Source of the DNA: a bacterium | GTDB lineage: Bacteria > Omnitrophota > Gorgyraeia > Zapsychrales > Zapsychraceae | Reading direction: 5' to 3' | Length of the DNA: 64,000 nt | NCBI GenBank assembly: GCA_030429765.1 | Contig: JAUIER010000004.1 | Coordinates: forward strand, 97,131 to 161,130 | Shown: positions 1 through 9,092 of the stretch, one piece after another | How the letters are laid out: each line of letters begins with the position of its first letter | How positions within the stretch are numbered: the first letter of the stretch is position 1 | The notes under the pieces: generated by a model | Told to the model about the DNA's origin: nothing | Database searches by the model: none | The model's input: only the letters and a program-made list of their open reading frames with translations | Translations under genes and position numbers: made by a program

Positions 1-296
1 AGCAAATTATCCTTAGTTATGCCCGCATTGTTAATTAATATATCAATGCCCCTATATTTGTCAAGAATTTTGTTGATGATTTCTGTCACATTTTCCAGGT
101 TTGTGACATCACATGCAAAACTATCCGCTTTCAGTCCCTGCCCGACGATCTCGTCACGAACTTGATGCGCCAAACCTTCATTGCGCCCCATAATAATGAC
201 TTGCGCGCCTTCATGCGCAAAGTTTGTAGCAATCTCCCGGCCAATCCCCCGGGTCGATCCGGTCACCACGACCACTTTGTCTTTGTAACGAAGCAT
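1..296 (-). CDS. short-chain dehydrogenase/reductase (FabG-like); N-terminus in window, remainder cut by window edge
   Basis: Reverse translation from ATG at 294-296 reads MLRYKDKVVVVTGSTRGIGREIATNFAHEGAQVIIMGRNE...ITKDNLL with the SDR TGxxxGIG cofactor motif; ORF runs off position 1. Confidence 0.6.
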   Translation of the reverse strand, partial: MLRYKDKVVVVTGSTRGIGREIATNFAHEGAQVIIMGRNEGLAHQVRDEIVGQGLKADSFACDVTNLENVTEIINKILDKYRGIDILINNAGITKDNL

Positions 297-366
297 ATCT
301 CTTCCTTAATTAGTGATTAATTTTCGATATGATAACAACCCCCGCTCCGATTTCAAGCGATTTCGA

Positions 367-798
367 TTATATGTCAATATCGGTATACCCATCATCGCGG
401 GTCTGAAATTGATTAACCTGAACAATCTGACCTTTCCGGATCATATCCTCCATACGCTTTCGGACCAGTTTTTTGATTGCCGTGCGGGTGAGCGGGATCA
501 ATAACATAAATCCCAGCGCGTCCGTGGCAAACCCCGGAGTCAGCAATACAATACCTCCGACCAGTATCATCAACCCATCCATCAACTCTTCACTGGGGAG
601 ATGCCCCTTGCCCAGATTGGTCTGAATCTTGTTTAAGACAAGAAACCCCTGATAGCGGGCCAATGACGCCCCAAGAATTCCAGTCAACACAATCACGAGC
701 AACGTATTGATGGAACCAATGTGCCGGCCCACCTCAATCAGCAACACCAGCTCAAGCGCCGGAACGACGGTGAATAATATCAGTAAATATGGAAACAT
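367..798 (-). CDS. fxsA: FxsA family cytoplasmic membrane protein
   Basis: 143-aa ORF, two N-terminal hydrophobic helices (MFPYLLILFTVVPALELVLLIEVG...) and basic C-terminal tail, typical FxsA/UPF0716 layout. Confidence 0.5.
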   Translation of the reverse strand: MFPYLLILFTVVPALELVLLIEVGRHIGSINTLLVIVLTGILGASLARYQGFLVLNKIQTNLGKGHLPSEELMDGLMILVGGIVLLTPGFATDALGFMLLIPLTRTAIKKLVRKRMEDMIRKGQIVQVNQFQTRDDGYTDIDI

Positions 799-801
799 GG
801 G

Positions 802-1188
802 CTAATAATCCAAATCCGGGATCAATTCCAAAACCGATTCCTTAAGAAAGTCCCGTTCATAAAAATCCTGATCAATGATTTCACCTTCATAAACCACAAG
901 GTCCAAATCGATACTCCGCGGACCGGACTTGAGCTGAGAGCGCTTTCGCCCCATGTCCTTCTCGATCCGCTTTAACGTTTTCACGAATTGCCCGATGGAC
1001 AGATCCGTTTCCACATAAACGGCTCCGTTGATAAAATCATCCTGATCCGCATAACCCACCGGCTTGGTCTGAATAAACTCCGATTCACCGATAACCGTAA
1101 ACTCCTCGGCCAAAATTTCCCGGGCCCGTTGAATATTCCGAACCGGCTCGATATTCGACCCCAATCCAATGATCGCCCGTCTAGTCAT
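802..1188 (-). CDS. folK: 2-amino-4-hydroxy-6-hydroxymethyldihydropteridine pyrophosphokinase (HPPK)
   Basis: Internal ATG (codon 36 of track ORF 802..1293) gives MTRRAIIGLGSNIEP...GRKRSQLKSGPRSIDLDLVVY, HPPK signature; overlaps folB by 8 nt. Confidence 0.7.
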   Translation of the reverse strand: MTRRAIIGLGSNIEPVRNIQRAREILAEEFTVIGESEFIQTKPVGYADQDDFINGAVYVETDLSIGQFVKTLKRIEKDMGRKRSQLKSGPRSIDLDLVVYEGEIIDQDFYERDFLKESVLELIPDLDY

Positions 1189-1537
1189 CACGTTCTTTCT
1201 TGATCTCAACGGAAACACTATCAGCAAAACGCAATGCGTGCGGTTTTTCAATCCGAACTTTGGCCTTTTTGACGGCGGAGTTCTCCATGGCAATATTGAG
1301 GACTACATCAGCCAGCTTCTCGATGAGAAAAAACTCCGACTGCTCCACCGCGGCGATTACTTTCTTGGTGATGGTTTTGTAATCCACGGTGTCCGACAAA
1401 TCATCGGACGCGATCGACGCACTGGCATCAAACTTGAGTTTGATATTGATGATCACATCCTGTTTATGATCTCGTTCCCAATCATTGGCCCCGATGATCG
1501 CCCTCAATCGTAAATTGGTAATTCGTATAGTTTCCAT
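1181..1537 (-). CDS. folB: dihydroneopterin aldolase
   Basis: 118 aa METIRITNLRLRAIIGANDWERDHKQDVIINIKL..., FolB family pattern; immediately upstream of folK. Confidence 0.7.
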   Translation of the reverse strand: METIRITNLRLRAIIGANDWERDHKQDVIINIKLKFDASASIASDDLSDTVDYKTITKKVIAAVEQSEFFLIEKLADVVLNIAMENSAVKKAKVRIEKPHALRFADSVSVEIKKERDD

Positions 1538-1569
1538 AGGAATCCTTGAGTTGTTAGATGCAAAAATAT

Positions 1570-2298
1570 TTATACCAGAAACTCTCCCCCGTCGACGGCG
1601 ATGATCTGACCGGTCAGAAAATCATTCGTGACGAGAAACTCCAGCGTCTGGGTGATGTTCATGATGTCGCCGCGCCGCTTTAGCGGAATATCTTTGGCCC
1701 GAGCGTCCAAATATAGATTGTCCTGATCCTCGGGCGGCAGGATCAATCCCGGACTGATTCCGTTGACTCGGATATCAGGAGCCAGCTCGACCGCCGACAT
1801 CCGGGTCAAGTCCGCCAATGCCTTTTTACTCAGCAAATAAGAAAAATGCTCTGTCTTCTGTTGAACAATCTTGGTATCCAGAATATTTATGACATGTCCA
1901 TTGTCGACATGCGAAGCAAACGCTTTGGATAAGAAATACGGCGATTTCAGATGAATATTGAAATGCAGGTCAAATTGTTGCTCTTTCGTCCCGCGCAATG
2001 CATCCTTTCGGAATACAGACGCATTATTGATCAACATGTGTAATCTCGGAAACTGATCGGTCACGGAGCTGATTAGAGAATCTGACGCGGCGGATTGACC
2101 TAAATCCTCCTGAAATAACGCACATCGAACGCCCTTGGCTTCGATCTGTTCAGCCAATGTTTCGGCCTGAGACCGCGATGCGTTGTAGTGCAAGGCAATA
2201 TCGTACCCCATCTCGGCCAATTTAAGGCTGAGCGCAGCTCCGATTCGCCGGGCGGCACCTGTGACAAGGGCGGCTTTATTTTGAGAAATTTCCGTCAT
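1570..2298 (-). CDS. SDR family pteridine reductase-like oxidoreductase (FolM/PTR1-like)
   Basis: 242 aa, AALVTGAARRIGAALSLKLAEMGYDIALHY... NASV ... YLLSKKAL (YxxxK), next to folB/folK. Confidence 0.6.
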   Translation of the reverse strand: MTEISQNKAALVTGAARRIGAALSLKLAEMGYDIALHYNASRSQAETLAEQIEAKGVRCALFQEDLGQSAASDSLISSVTDQFPRLHMLINNASVFRKDALRGTKEQQFDLHFNIHLKSPYFLSKAFASHVDNGHVINILDTKIVQQKTEHFSYLLSKKALADLTRMSAVELAPDIRVNGISPGLILPPEDQDNLYLDARAKDIPLKRRGDIMNITQTLEFLVTNDFLTGQIIAVDGGEFLV

Positions 2299-2392
2299 AA
2301 GTCACTGGATGATATCATAGCCGACTGGGGGTGTCAATCCACAAAGGACGGCAACCCATTATCTTTTAGCAAGTTAGAAAATCAAATCATTC

Positions 2393-2420
2393 TTGTACTG
2401 ACCTACAGGTATGTTATAAT
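2393..2420 (+). promoter_or_regulatory. sigma70-like promoter TTGTAC-N16-TGtTATAAT (extended -10) upstream of the PHP gene
   Basis: ttgtac at 2393-2398, tgt-tataat at 2412-2420, AAGGAA SD 5 nt before ATG 2446. Confidence 0.4.
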
Positions 2421-2445
2421 ACGCACGTTTAACCAAGGAATCTTG

Positions 2446-3249
2446 ATGCAGCCAATTTATGACTATCACATGCACACACCGCTGTGCGGACACGCCGTCG
2501 GCTGGCCGGATGAATACGCCCAGGCCGCGCTAGACGCCGGTCTTGAGGAGATCGGATTTTCCGATCACGCTCCATTCGTGCATATGGTCGATCCAGGCGT
2601 GACGATGGGAATGTCCCAGTTGCCGGATTACTACGCAATGATAGAGAAGACACAACAGCGCTTCAAGAATGATTTACGCATCAAGATGGCCCTGGAGGCC
2701 GATTTTATCCCCGGATACGAGGACAAAACCCAGGCCATCATTGACGATTATGACTATGATTACATCATTGGATCGGTCCATTTTATCAAGGACTGGGGAT
2801 TTGACGATCCGGACCAACGGGAACGCTGGGACCAAGAAGACGTAAATCAGGTTTATTCGGACTATTATGAATTGCTGCGCCGCAGCGCCAAATCCGGCCT
2901 ATTCGACATCATCGGACACTGCGATCTTGTGAAAAAATTCGGTCATCGAGCCACCATCGATCTGACCGGCGAAATTAAACAAACAGCTCAGGTATTCAAG
3001 GAAACCGGCGTGGCGATTGAAATCAATACAGCTGGCTGGCGAAAACCCTGTGAAGAACAATACCCGGCGGAGAATTGCCTGAAGATTTACGCAGCCACGG
3101 GCATTCCTCTGACGTTCGGATCGGACGCTCATACACCGGAAGATGTCGGGGCTGACTTCAAACAGGCCTACGCCCTGGCCAAGTCCGCCGGCTTCACGGA
3201 ATATGTGTCCTTCTCGAAGCGCAACATAGACCGGGTCATTCGACTTTAG
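2446..3249 (+). CDS. PHP-domain histidinol-phosphatase family hydrolase (HisJ/HisK-like)
   Basis: Start taken at internal ATG (codon 87 of track ORF) with SD; MQPIYDYHMHTPLCGHAVGWPDEY...GFSDHAP...GSDAHTPEDVG, PHP metal-binding His/Asp motifs; upstream part of track ORF overlaps the reverse-strand SDR gene. Confidence 0.65.
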   Translation: MQPIYDYHMHTPLCGHAVGWPDEYAQAALDAGLEEIGFSDHAPFVHMVDPGVTMGMSQLPDYYAMIEKTQQRFKNDLRIKMALEADFIPGYEDKTQAIIDDYDYDYIIGSVHFIKDWGFDDPDQRERWDQEDVNQVYSDYYELLRRSAKSGLFDIIGHCDLVKKFGHRATIDLTGEIKQTAQVFKETGVAIEINTAGWRKPCEEQYPAENCLKIYAATGIPLTFGSDAHTPEDVGADFKQAYALAKSAGFTEYVSFSKRNIDRVIRL

Positions 3250-3272
3250 GTCAAACACTGAGAATATTTACT

Positions 3273-4985
3273 ATGGGAAAATTTTCATCAAAATCATCAC
3301 ACTTTATCTTCAGCGCGTTCTGCATCGTATTGCTCGGAACTATTTGCTACTACTCCACGATCTGGACTCCATTTATCTGGGACGATCAGTATCTGGTCGC
3401 CGAAAACGCGCAAATCAAAGACTTAAACAATTGGCCTGAGATCTTAACAAGCACGATTGGTTCGGAGGATGTCGAACATTCTTACTATCGACCGTTTCAG
3501 ATGTTCAGCTACATGATCGATCATTTATTCTGGGGCAATAATCCCGTCGGCTATCACATCACAAATATCCTGCTGCACTGTCTGGTGGCGATTTGTTTGC
3601 TGGAATTGGTTTGGATCCTGTCCCTCAACCGCTGGGCCGCGTTCTGCGTTCCGCTCCTGTTTGTCACACACCCCATTCACACGGAAGCGATCACTTACAT
3701 ATCCGGTCGGGCCGATCCGTTAGCCGCGGTCGCCATGCTGATGAGTATCGGGACCTATATCTTTGCCGACAAAAAACGTCCTGGATTTCAAAAGGGTTTC
3801 AACCTCCTGCTTTCGGTGATTTTTTTCTGTTTTGCACTTTTATCCAAGGAACACGCATTGTGCGTTCCGATGATCCTGATCCTCTATCACATTTCATTTA
3901 AAACCAAGATTCGCTGGGGAGCCCTCTCGCCTTTGATCATCCTCAGCATTGGATACATCACGGTTCGATTGATGGGTGTGATCATTCCAGCGTTGGAACT
4001 GGATAATCCGTCCGATACCTCGTTGATGCAGCGTGTACCCGGTGCGTTTGTCGCTGTATTTTCGTACATCCGATTGCTGATTATTCCAATCAACTTACAT
4101 ATGGGATACGGTCAGAAAACCTTTGAGTTCGGCGACAGTCAGTTCATTGCCGGGGCTTCGGTCTGCATCTTTATGATGATCCTGTTCTTCAAACAACGTC
4201 GTGACTATCCACTGATGAGCTTTGCGATCGGATGGTTCCTCGTAGGATTATTACCGTTTCTCAATCTAATTCCGGTCAATGCCTACATGGCCGAGCACTG
4301 GCTGTACTTTCCTTCGGTAGGTTACTTTATCCTTCTGGGAATGTTTTTCGGCTACCTATACCGACGGATGCGTAAAAAATGGATCGTCGAGATATTTTTC
4401 ATCGCGTTGTTGGTTACGCAGATGACCCTGACGATCCGGCAAAACCAGGTATGGAAGGATCCGATCAAACTATACAACCGCATCCTGATGCACAACCCCA
4501 GCTATGCCCGGGCGCACTACAATCTCGCCAATTCATTGCTTAAGGACAAGAACGATGTGCTTGGCGCCATTGAACACTATCAAAAAGCGGTCAAGATCAA
4601 TCCGAATTATGCGGACGCCTATAACAATCTCGGCACGTTGTACCAATCTGAAAATGACGTCGCCCGAGCCAACCTCTACTACATGAAAGCCCTCAAGGTC
4701 GATCCGATGCATCTCGATGCCAACAACAACGTCGGCGCGATTCTGGTCGAGCAACAACAATACGCCGAGGCCTTGATCTACTTCTCACGTGTCCTGCAAA
4801 ACGATGAAAATTATGCCAAGACCCACAATAATCTCGGCATCCTCTACGCGCGCCAACGTAAGTTTGAAAAGGCCATCGAACACCTCACCAAGGCCCTGGA
4901 GCTTGACCCGACGATGGAAGATGCTAAAAGAAATATTGAGGATGTTCAGAAATTTATTGAACGGCGGGAAAAAATTCGTCGGTAG
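3273..4985 (+). CDS. TMTC-like membrane protein: N-terminal multi-TM GT-C/PMT_2(DUF1736)-like domain plus C-terminal TPR repeats
   Basis: 570 aa; ~11 hydrophobic helices then repeated AxxxYNLANSLL / AYNNLGTLY / THNNLGILY TPR units; paralog of 49903..52164. Confidence 0.6.
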   Translation: MGKFSSKSSHFIFSAFCIVLLGTICYYSTIWTPFIWDDQYLVAENAQIKDLNNWPEILTSTIGSEDVEHSYYRPFQMFSYMIDHLFWGNNPVGYHITNILLHCLVAICLLELVWILSLNRWAAFCVPLLFVTHPIHTEAITYISGRADPLAAVAMLMSIGTYIFADKKRPGFQKGFNLLLSVIFFCFALLSKEHALCVPMILILYHISFKTKIRWGALSPLIILSIGYITVRLMGVIIPALELDNPSDTSLMQRVPGAFVAVFSYIRLLIIPINLHMGYGQKTFEFGDSQFIAGASVCIFMMILFFKQRRDYPLMSFAIGWFLVGLLPFLNLIPVNAYMAEHWLYFPSVGYFILLGMFFGYLYRRMRKKWIVEIFFIALLVTQMTLTIRQNQVWKDPIKLYNRILMHNPSYARAHYNLANSLLKDKNDVLGAIEHYQKAVKINPNYADAYNNLGTLYQSENDVARANLYYMKALKVDPMHLDANNNVGAILVEQQQYAEALIYFSRVLQNDENYAKTHNNLGILYARQRKFEKAIEHLTKALELDPTMEDAKRNIEDVQKFIERREKIRR

Positions 4986-4988
4986 GAT

Positions 4989-6203
4989 TTATCCGAATTT
5001 CTGCTGAATATGTCGCTCGAGAATCGCAACAAACTCTTCTTTGATGTGATCCCCCTTTAACGTGCACGTTTTAGCGCCGTTTTCGTAGACCGGCGCGATC
5101 GGTTCCTCGGAAGTGCCCGGTAAACTAATACCGATATCTGCATGCCGGCTCTCACCCGGACCATTGACCACACATCCCATCACGGCTATCTTCATCCGCT
5201 CCACGCCGGGAAATTCTTTTTTCCATTGCGGCATTTTTCGTTCAATGTGCTCGTTGATATCACTGGCAAGTATCTGGAAGTAATTACTGCTGGTCCGTCC
5301 ACACCCCGGACAACTGGTGACGCTGGGCTTAAAATATCTCAACCCCATACTTTGGAGAATATGTTTACAAACCTCAACTTCTCGACTACGCGGAATGTCC
5401 GGATGTGGCGTGAGTGAAACGCGGATGGTATCGCCTATCCCCTGCTGCAAAAGTATGCCTAAGGCGGCCGAACTCGATGCGATACCCTGAACATCGGCGC
5501 CGGCTTCGGTCAATCCCAGATGCAACACATAATCACATTCTTTGGCCAAGCGTGAATATACATTCACCATGTCCTGAAGAATGGACATCTTAACGCTAAG
5601 AATAATCTTGTCGGACGCCATCCCCAGCGATTCGGCCAGCTTCGCGCTGCCGACGGCGCTCTGGATCATCGCGTTGTACGTCACCTGCTTAAAATCCGCC
5701 GGCTTCTCGAGCCGCGCATTCTGATCCATCAATTCGGTGAGCAGCTCCTGGTCCAATGAGCCCCAGTTAACCCCAATCCGCACGGGTTTGTCGTATTTCA
5801 TCGCCACTTGAATAATCTGGGCAAAATTATCATCATGCCGATCTCCCTTCCCAACATTGCCGGGATTGATCCGGTACTTGGCCAGGGCCCGGGCGCAGTC
5901 GGGAAACTTATTGAGCAGTGTATGACCGTTAAAGTGAAAATCTCCGATAATCGGTTGGTTATAGCCTTTTTTGCGCAGCTGATCAATGATTCGCGGAACA
6001 TTTTCCGCCGCTGCCGCGTCATTGACCGTCCAACGGACCATTTGTGATCCGGCCTCAATCAGGGCCATCGTCTGTGTGAGCGTGGCCTCCGTATCGGCGG
6101 TCGGCGTGTCCGTCATCGACTGAACCACCACAGGATGCTGGCCGCCAAGCGGCACCTCTCCGACGTAAACCGTTGGGGTTATTCTGCGTTTGAGCTGCTC
6201 CAT
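4989..6203 (-). CDS. ispG: 4-hydroxy-3-methylbut-2-enyl diphosphate synthase (flavodoxin/ferredoxin-dependent)
   Basis: 404 aa, [36 protein letters not shown]... and C-terminal CPGCGRTSS [4Fe-4S] motif. Confidence 0.9.
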   Translation of the reverse strand: MEQLKRRITPTVYVGEVPLGGQHPVVVQSMTDTPTADTEATLTQTMALIEAGSQMVRWTVNDAAAAENVPRIIDQLRKKGYNQPIIGDFHFNGHTLLNKFPDCARALAKYRINPGNVGKGDRHDDNFAQIIQVAMKYDKPVRIGVNWGSLDQELLTELMDQNARLEKPADFKQVTYNAMIQSAVGSAKLAESLGMASDKIILSVKMSILQDMVNVYSRLAKECDYVLHLGLTEAGADVQGIASSSAALGILLQQGIGDTIRVSLTPHPDIPRSREVEVCKHILQSMGLRYFKPSVTSCPGCGRTSSNYFQILASDINEHIERKMPQWKKEFPGVERMKIAVMGCVVNGPGESRHADIGISLPGTSEEPIAPVYENGAKTCTLKGDHIKEEFVAILERHIQQKFG

Positions 6204-6241
6204 GATAAAAGATTTGCTTTCGTGATCGGGATGAATTAGTA

Positions 6242-6269
6242 TTTACTCTCGGTAAAATCATGATATAAT
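6242..6269 (+). promoter_or_regulatory. candidate promoter for ispH: TTTACT-N16-TGaTATAAT (extended -10)
   Basis: tttact 6242-6247, tgatataat 6261-6269, in the 128-bp divergent ispG/ispH spacer. Confidence 0.4.
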
Positions 6270-6331
6270 GACACAATTCACAAGTCAAATCAAGCAGATT
6301 TGCCGAACAAAACTCACAATACACACAGAAT

Positions 6332-7252
6332 ATGGACATTTATCTCGCCAAAACTCAGGGATTTTGCGCCGGCGTTTCCTTCGCGATTGAAATCGTCGAT
6401 CGCGCCCTAAAACAATATGGACCGCCTCTTTACGTCTACCACGAAATCGTCCACAACACGTATGTGGTTAATGAATTTCGGAACAAGGGTGTTGTCTTTA
6501 TCGAAGACCTCAAGGACGTACCCGTAGGATCAAAGTTGATTTTCTCCGCCCATGGTGTACCGCCGCAGGTAATTGCCCAGGCCGAAGAACGAAAGCTGCA
6601 GTATGTCGATGCCACCTGCCCGCTGGTGACCAAGGTTCACAATGAAGCGGTCAAGTTTTCCAATCAAAAATTGGAGACCATCCTCATCGGTCACCGCGGC
6701 CATCAGGAACTGATCGGAACGTCCGGCTATGTCGACCCCGATTATCTGCATATCGTTGAGGACGAGGACGACATCGACAAACTGGATATTCCATCAGACG
6801 CGCCCGTTGCCTTTATCACACAAACAACCTTGTCTGTCGACGACACGCAGGCCATGATTGACAAACTCAAGGAAAAATTTCCGCAGCTCAATGCGCCTCC
6901 ACGATCAGACCTGTGCTATGCCACGCAGAATCGACAGGATTCGGTTAAGGATCTGGCCAAATACTGCGATGTGATCATCATCTGCGGTTCGCCCAATAGT
7001 TCCAATAGCAATCGCCTTCGTGAAACAGGTGAAAAAGCCGGTTGTCCCAGCTACATCATTGACACCGCTGAGGAACTGGACTTAAGCGTCCTCGAAAATC
7101 GTCAAAAGGTCGGGATCAGCTCCGGTGCCTCAGTACCCCGAATCATTGTGGATCAACTGGTGGAACGGATTCAGGCCAAATATCCAGAATCCGTCGTGCA
7201 TGAGTTTGAAAACCCCGAAAAAAACATCGTATTCGCGCTTCCCAAGATCTAG
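6332..7252 (+). CDS. ispH: 4-hydroxy-3-methylbut-2-enyl diphosphate reductase
   Basis: 306 aa MDIYLAKTQGFCAGVSFAIEIV...SAHGVPPQV...TCPLVTKVH...; LytB/IspH signature with three conserved Cys. Confidence 0.9.
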   Translation: MDIYLAKTQGFCAGVSFAIEIVDRALKQYGPPLYVYHEIVHNTYVVNEFRNKGVVFIEDLKDVPVGSKLIFSAHGVPPQVIAQAEERKLQYVDATCPLVTKVHNEAVKFSNQKLETILIGHRGHQELIGTSGYVDPDYLHIVEDEDDIDKLDIPSDAPVAFITQTTLSVDDTQAMIDKLKEKFPQLNAPPRSDLCYATQNRQDSVKDLAKYCDVIIICGSPNSSNSNRLRETGEKAGCPSYIIDTAEELDLSVLENRQKVGISSGASVPRIIVDQLVERIQAKYPESVVHEFENPEKNIVFALPKI

Positions 7253-7259
7253 AGATATT

Positions 7260-7514
7260 ATGGCTAAACTAATCATCGACGACATCGAACACGACATCCC
7301 CGACGGTGAAAAAATAGATGACATCTGTGAAAACGAAGGCATTCCCTTCAGCTGCAACTCCGGCGTGTGTGGCACGTGTCAAATTGAGATCATTGAAGGA
7401 CAGGAAAATCTGAATGACCTCAACGATGAAGAAGACGCGCTTGGCATGGACCGCAACAATCGCCTCAGCTGTCAATGCCGTATCGTTGCCGGCACTGTCA
7501 AAATCACATATTAA
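7260..7514 (+). CDS. plant-type [2Fe-2S] ferredoxin
   Basis: 84 aa from internal ATG (codon 46 of track ORF): MAKLIIDDIEHDIPDGEKIDDICENEGIPFSCNSGVCGTCQIEIIEG...SCQCRI, CxxxxCxxC...C pattern; 8 nt after ispH stop. Confidence 0.7.
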   Translation: MAKLIIDDIEHDIPDGEKIDDICENEGIPFSCNSGVCGTCQIEIIEGQENLNDLNDEEDALGMDRNNRLSCQCRIVAGTVKITY

Positions 7515-7541
7515 TCGTCACGATCAATCCGAGCGAACGCC

Positions 7542-9083
7542 ATGGAATTTTCCCTCTGCGACCACACGATCGACACTGCCCAGCTGACGTCGCGACTCAA
7601 GACACCAGAGTCTGGAGCCGTCAACATCTTCGAAGGTATCGTCCGTAATCACAACAACAATCAGGCGGTGAAAGGCCTCTTCTATGAGGCCTATCCGGAT
7701 CTGTGCGAAAACGAGATTCAGAAAATTTTTGAGGAAGTCCGTCAACTATTCAATCCACATCAGGTGATCTGTCAGCACCGTACCGGCGCCCTTGACATTG
7801 GCGACACCGCCGTATGGATTGGAGTGTCATCCGCGCACCGGGACACATCCTTTAAGGCCTGCCGTTATCTGATTGATGAAATCAAATCGCGTTTACCGAT
7901 CTGGAAAAAAGAAGCTTATACCTCAGGGCAATCGGATTGGGTCAATTGCGCACAACCGGCCAATCGCATTGATCCTGCCCAATACTACTCCCGACAAATG
8001 CTCTTACCGGAAGTCGGATCGGCCGGACAATCAAAACTAAATCACAGCAAAGTCTTGGTCGTTGGCGCAGGCGGATTGGGTTCGGCCGCGTTGATGGGAT
8101 TAGCCGGATCCGGCATCGGCACGATCGGCATCGCTGAATTTGACCAATTAGAAGAGCACAATCTGCATCGGCAACACCTGTACGCGCACTCGGATATCCG
8201 ACAACCCAAGGTCCAACTGGCCGGCCAACGCGTCCAGGCACTCAACCCTTCGCTTCAGATCATTATTCACGACCAGAAACTATCGGCACAGAATATCAAA
8301 TCCATCCTGCCGACATATGATATCATCCTCGATTGCACGGATAACTTTGCCACCAAATTTCTACTCAACGATGCGGCTGTCTTATACCACCGCCCTTTGA
8401 TTCAAGCCAGTTTGTATCAACATGACGCACAGTTACGGCAGTACATTCCCGGAGCGACCGCCTGTTTAAGATGCGTGTGGCCTGAGCTGCCCGAAGCGGG
8501 ATGCATCGGAACCTGTCAGGATAGCGGTGTTTTCGGTGATGTTGCCGCGACCATGGGACACCTTCAATCGCTCAGCGCGATTCGCTGGCTGTTGGGTGCA
8601 CCTCAAAATATCGGTCAGACCCTGCTGTTTGATCTCGGTCATATGAACATTCAGAAGATCTCTGAGCCCGTCAACCCGCAATGTCCGGTATGCAGCAGCC
8701 AACCAAAGATTACAGCCATTGATGCGGGGCAATATGAACCTCACCATGAATGGACGGCAGACATCGAACAGCTGGCAGACGAAACCATACGTTCAGCCAC
8801 GTTCATTGATGTCCGTGAATCGTACGAACGGGCGATGGCGCCCCTTAAGGAAATCGACTCCATGCATCTACCCTGCAGCCGATTTGATCCGTCGCTTTTC
8901 CGGATGCCGGCAGACGGATCCACGGTTTATTTTTTCTGCGCCAAAGGTATTCGTTCGCTGGCCGTCGTCGAAAACCTGGCGGCCCTGGGCCTGAAAAATA
9001 TCGTTTCGCTGAACAATACCTTTTCACAAATCCGCCAGCGGTTACAATTGATGGATCAAACGGTTCACTCAAATCCGGACTAG
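7542..9083 (+). CDS. tri-domain fusion: molybdopterin synthase catalytic subunit MoaE + MoeB/ThiF-type E1 adenylyltransferase + C-terminal rhodanese
   Basis: N-term GAVNIFEGIVRNHNNNQAV...WIGVSSAHRDTSFKACRYLIDEIKSRLPIWKKE aligns to E. coli MoaE; middle YSRQMLLPEVG...VLVVGAGGLGSAALMGLAGSGIG...CLRC...CPVC is MoeB with Zn CxxC pairs; C-term FIDVRESYE...FFCAKGIRS is a rhodanese active-site loop. Confidence 0.75.
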   Translation: MEFSLCDHTIDTAQLTSRLKTPESGAVNIFEGIVRNHNNNQAVKGLFYEAYPDLCENEIQKIFEEVRQLFNPHQVICQHRTGALDIGDTAVWIGVSSAHRDTSFKACRYLIDEIKSRLPIWKKEAYTSGQSDWVNCAQPANRIDPAQYYSRQMLLPEVGSAGQSKLNHSKVLVVGAGGLGSAALMGLAGSGIGTIGIAEFDQLEEHNLHRQHLYAHSDIRQPKVQLAGQRVQALNPSLQIIIHDQKLSAQNIKSILPTYDIILDCTDNFATKFLLNDAAVLYHRPLIQASLYQHDAQLRQYIPGATACLRCVWPELPEAGCIGTCQDSGVFGDVAATMGHLQSLSAIRWLLGAPQNIGQTLLFDLGHMNIQKISEPVNPQCPVCSSQPKITAIDAGQYEPHHEWTADIEQLADETIRSATFIDVRESYERAMAPLKEIDSMHLPCSRFDPSLFRMPADGSTVYFFCAKGIRSLAVVENLAALGLKNIVSLNNTFSQIRQRLQLMDQTVHSNPD

Positions 9084-9092
9084 GGTCAGCGC

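Noticed and set aside
2188-2445. N-terminal 86 codons of track ORF 2188..3249
   Set aside because: Overlaps the reverse-strand SDR gene and the mapped promoter; true start is the SD-preceded ATG at 2446.
7125-7259. N-terminal extension of ferredoxin ORF overlapping ispH 3' end
   Set aside because: No ferredoxin-like sequence; ferredoxin domain begins at ATG 7260.
7942-8994. Reverse/forward small ORFs inside the MoaE-MoeB gene
   Set aside because: Antisense or frame-shifted shadows with Arg/Pro-rich composition.
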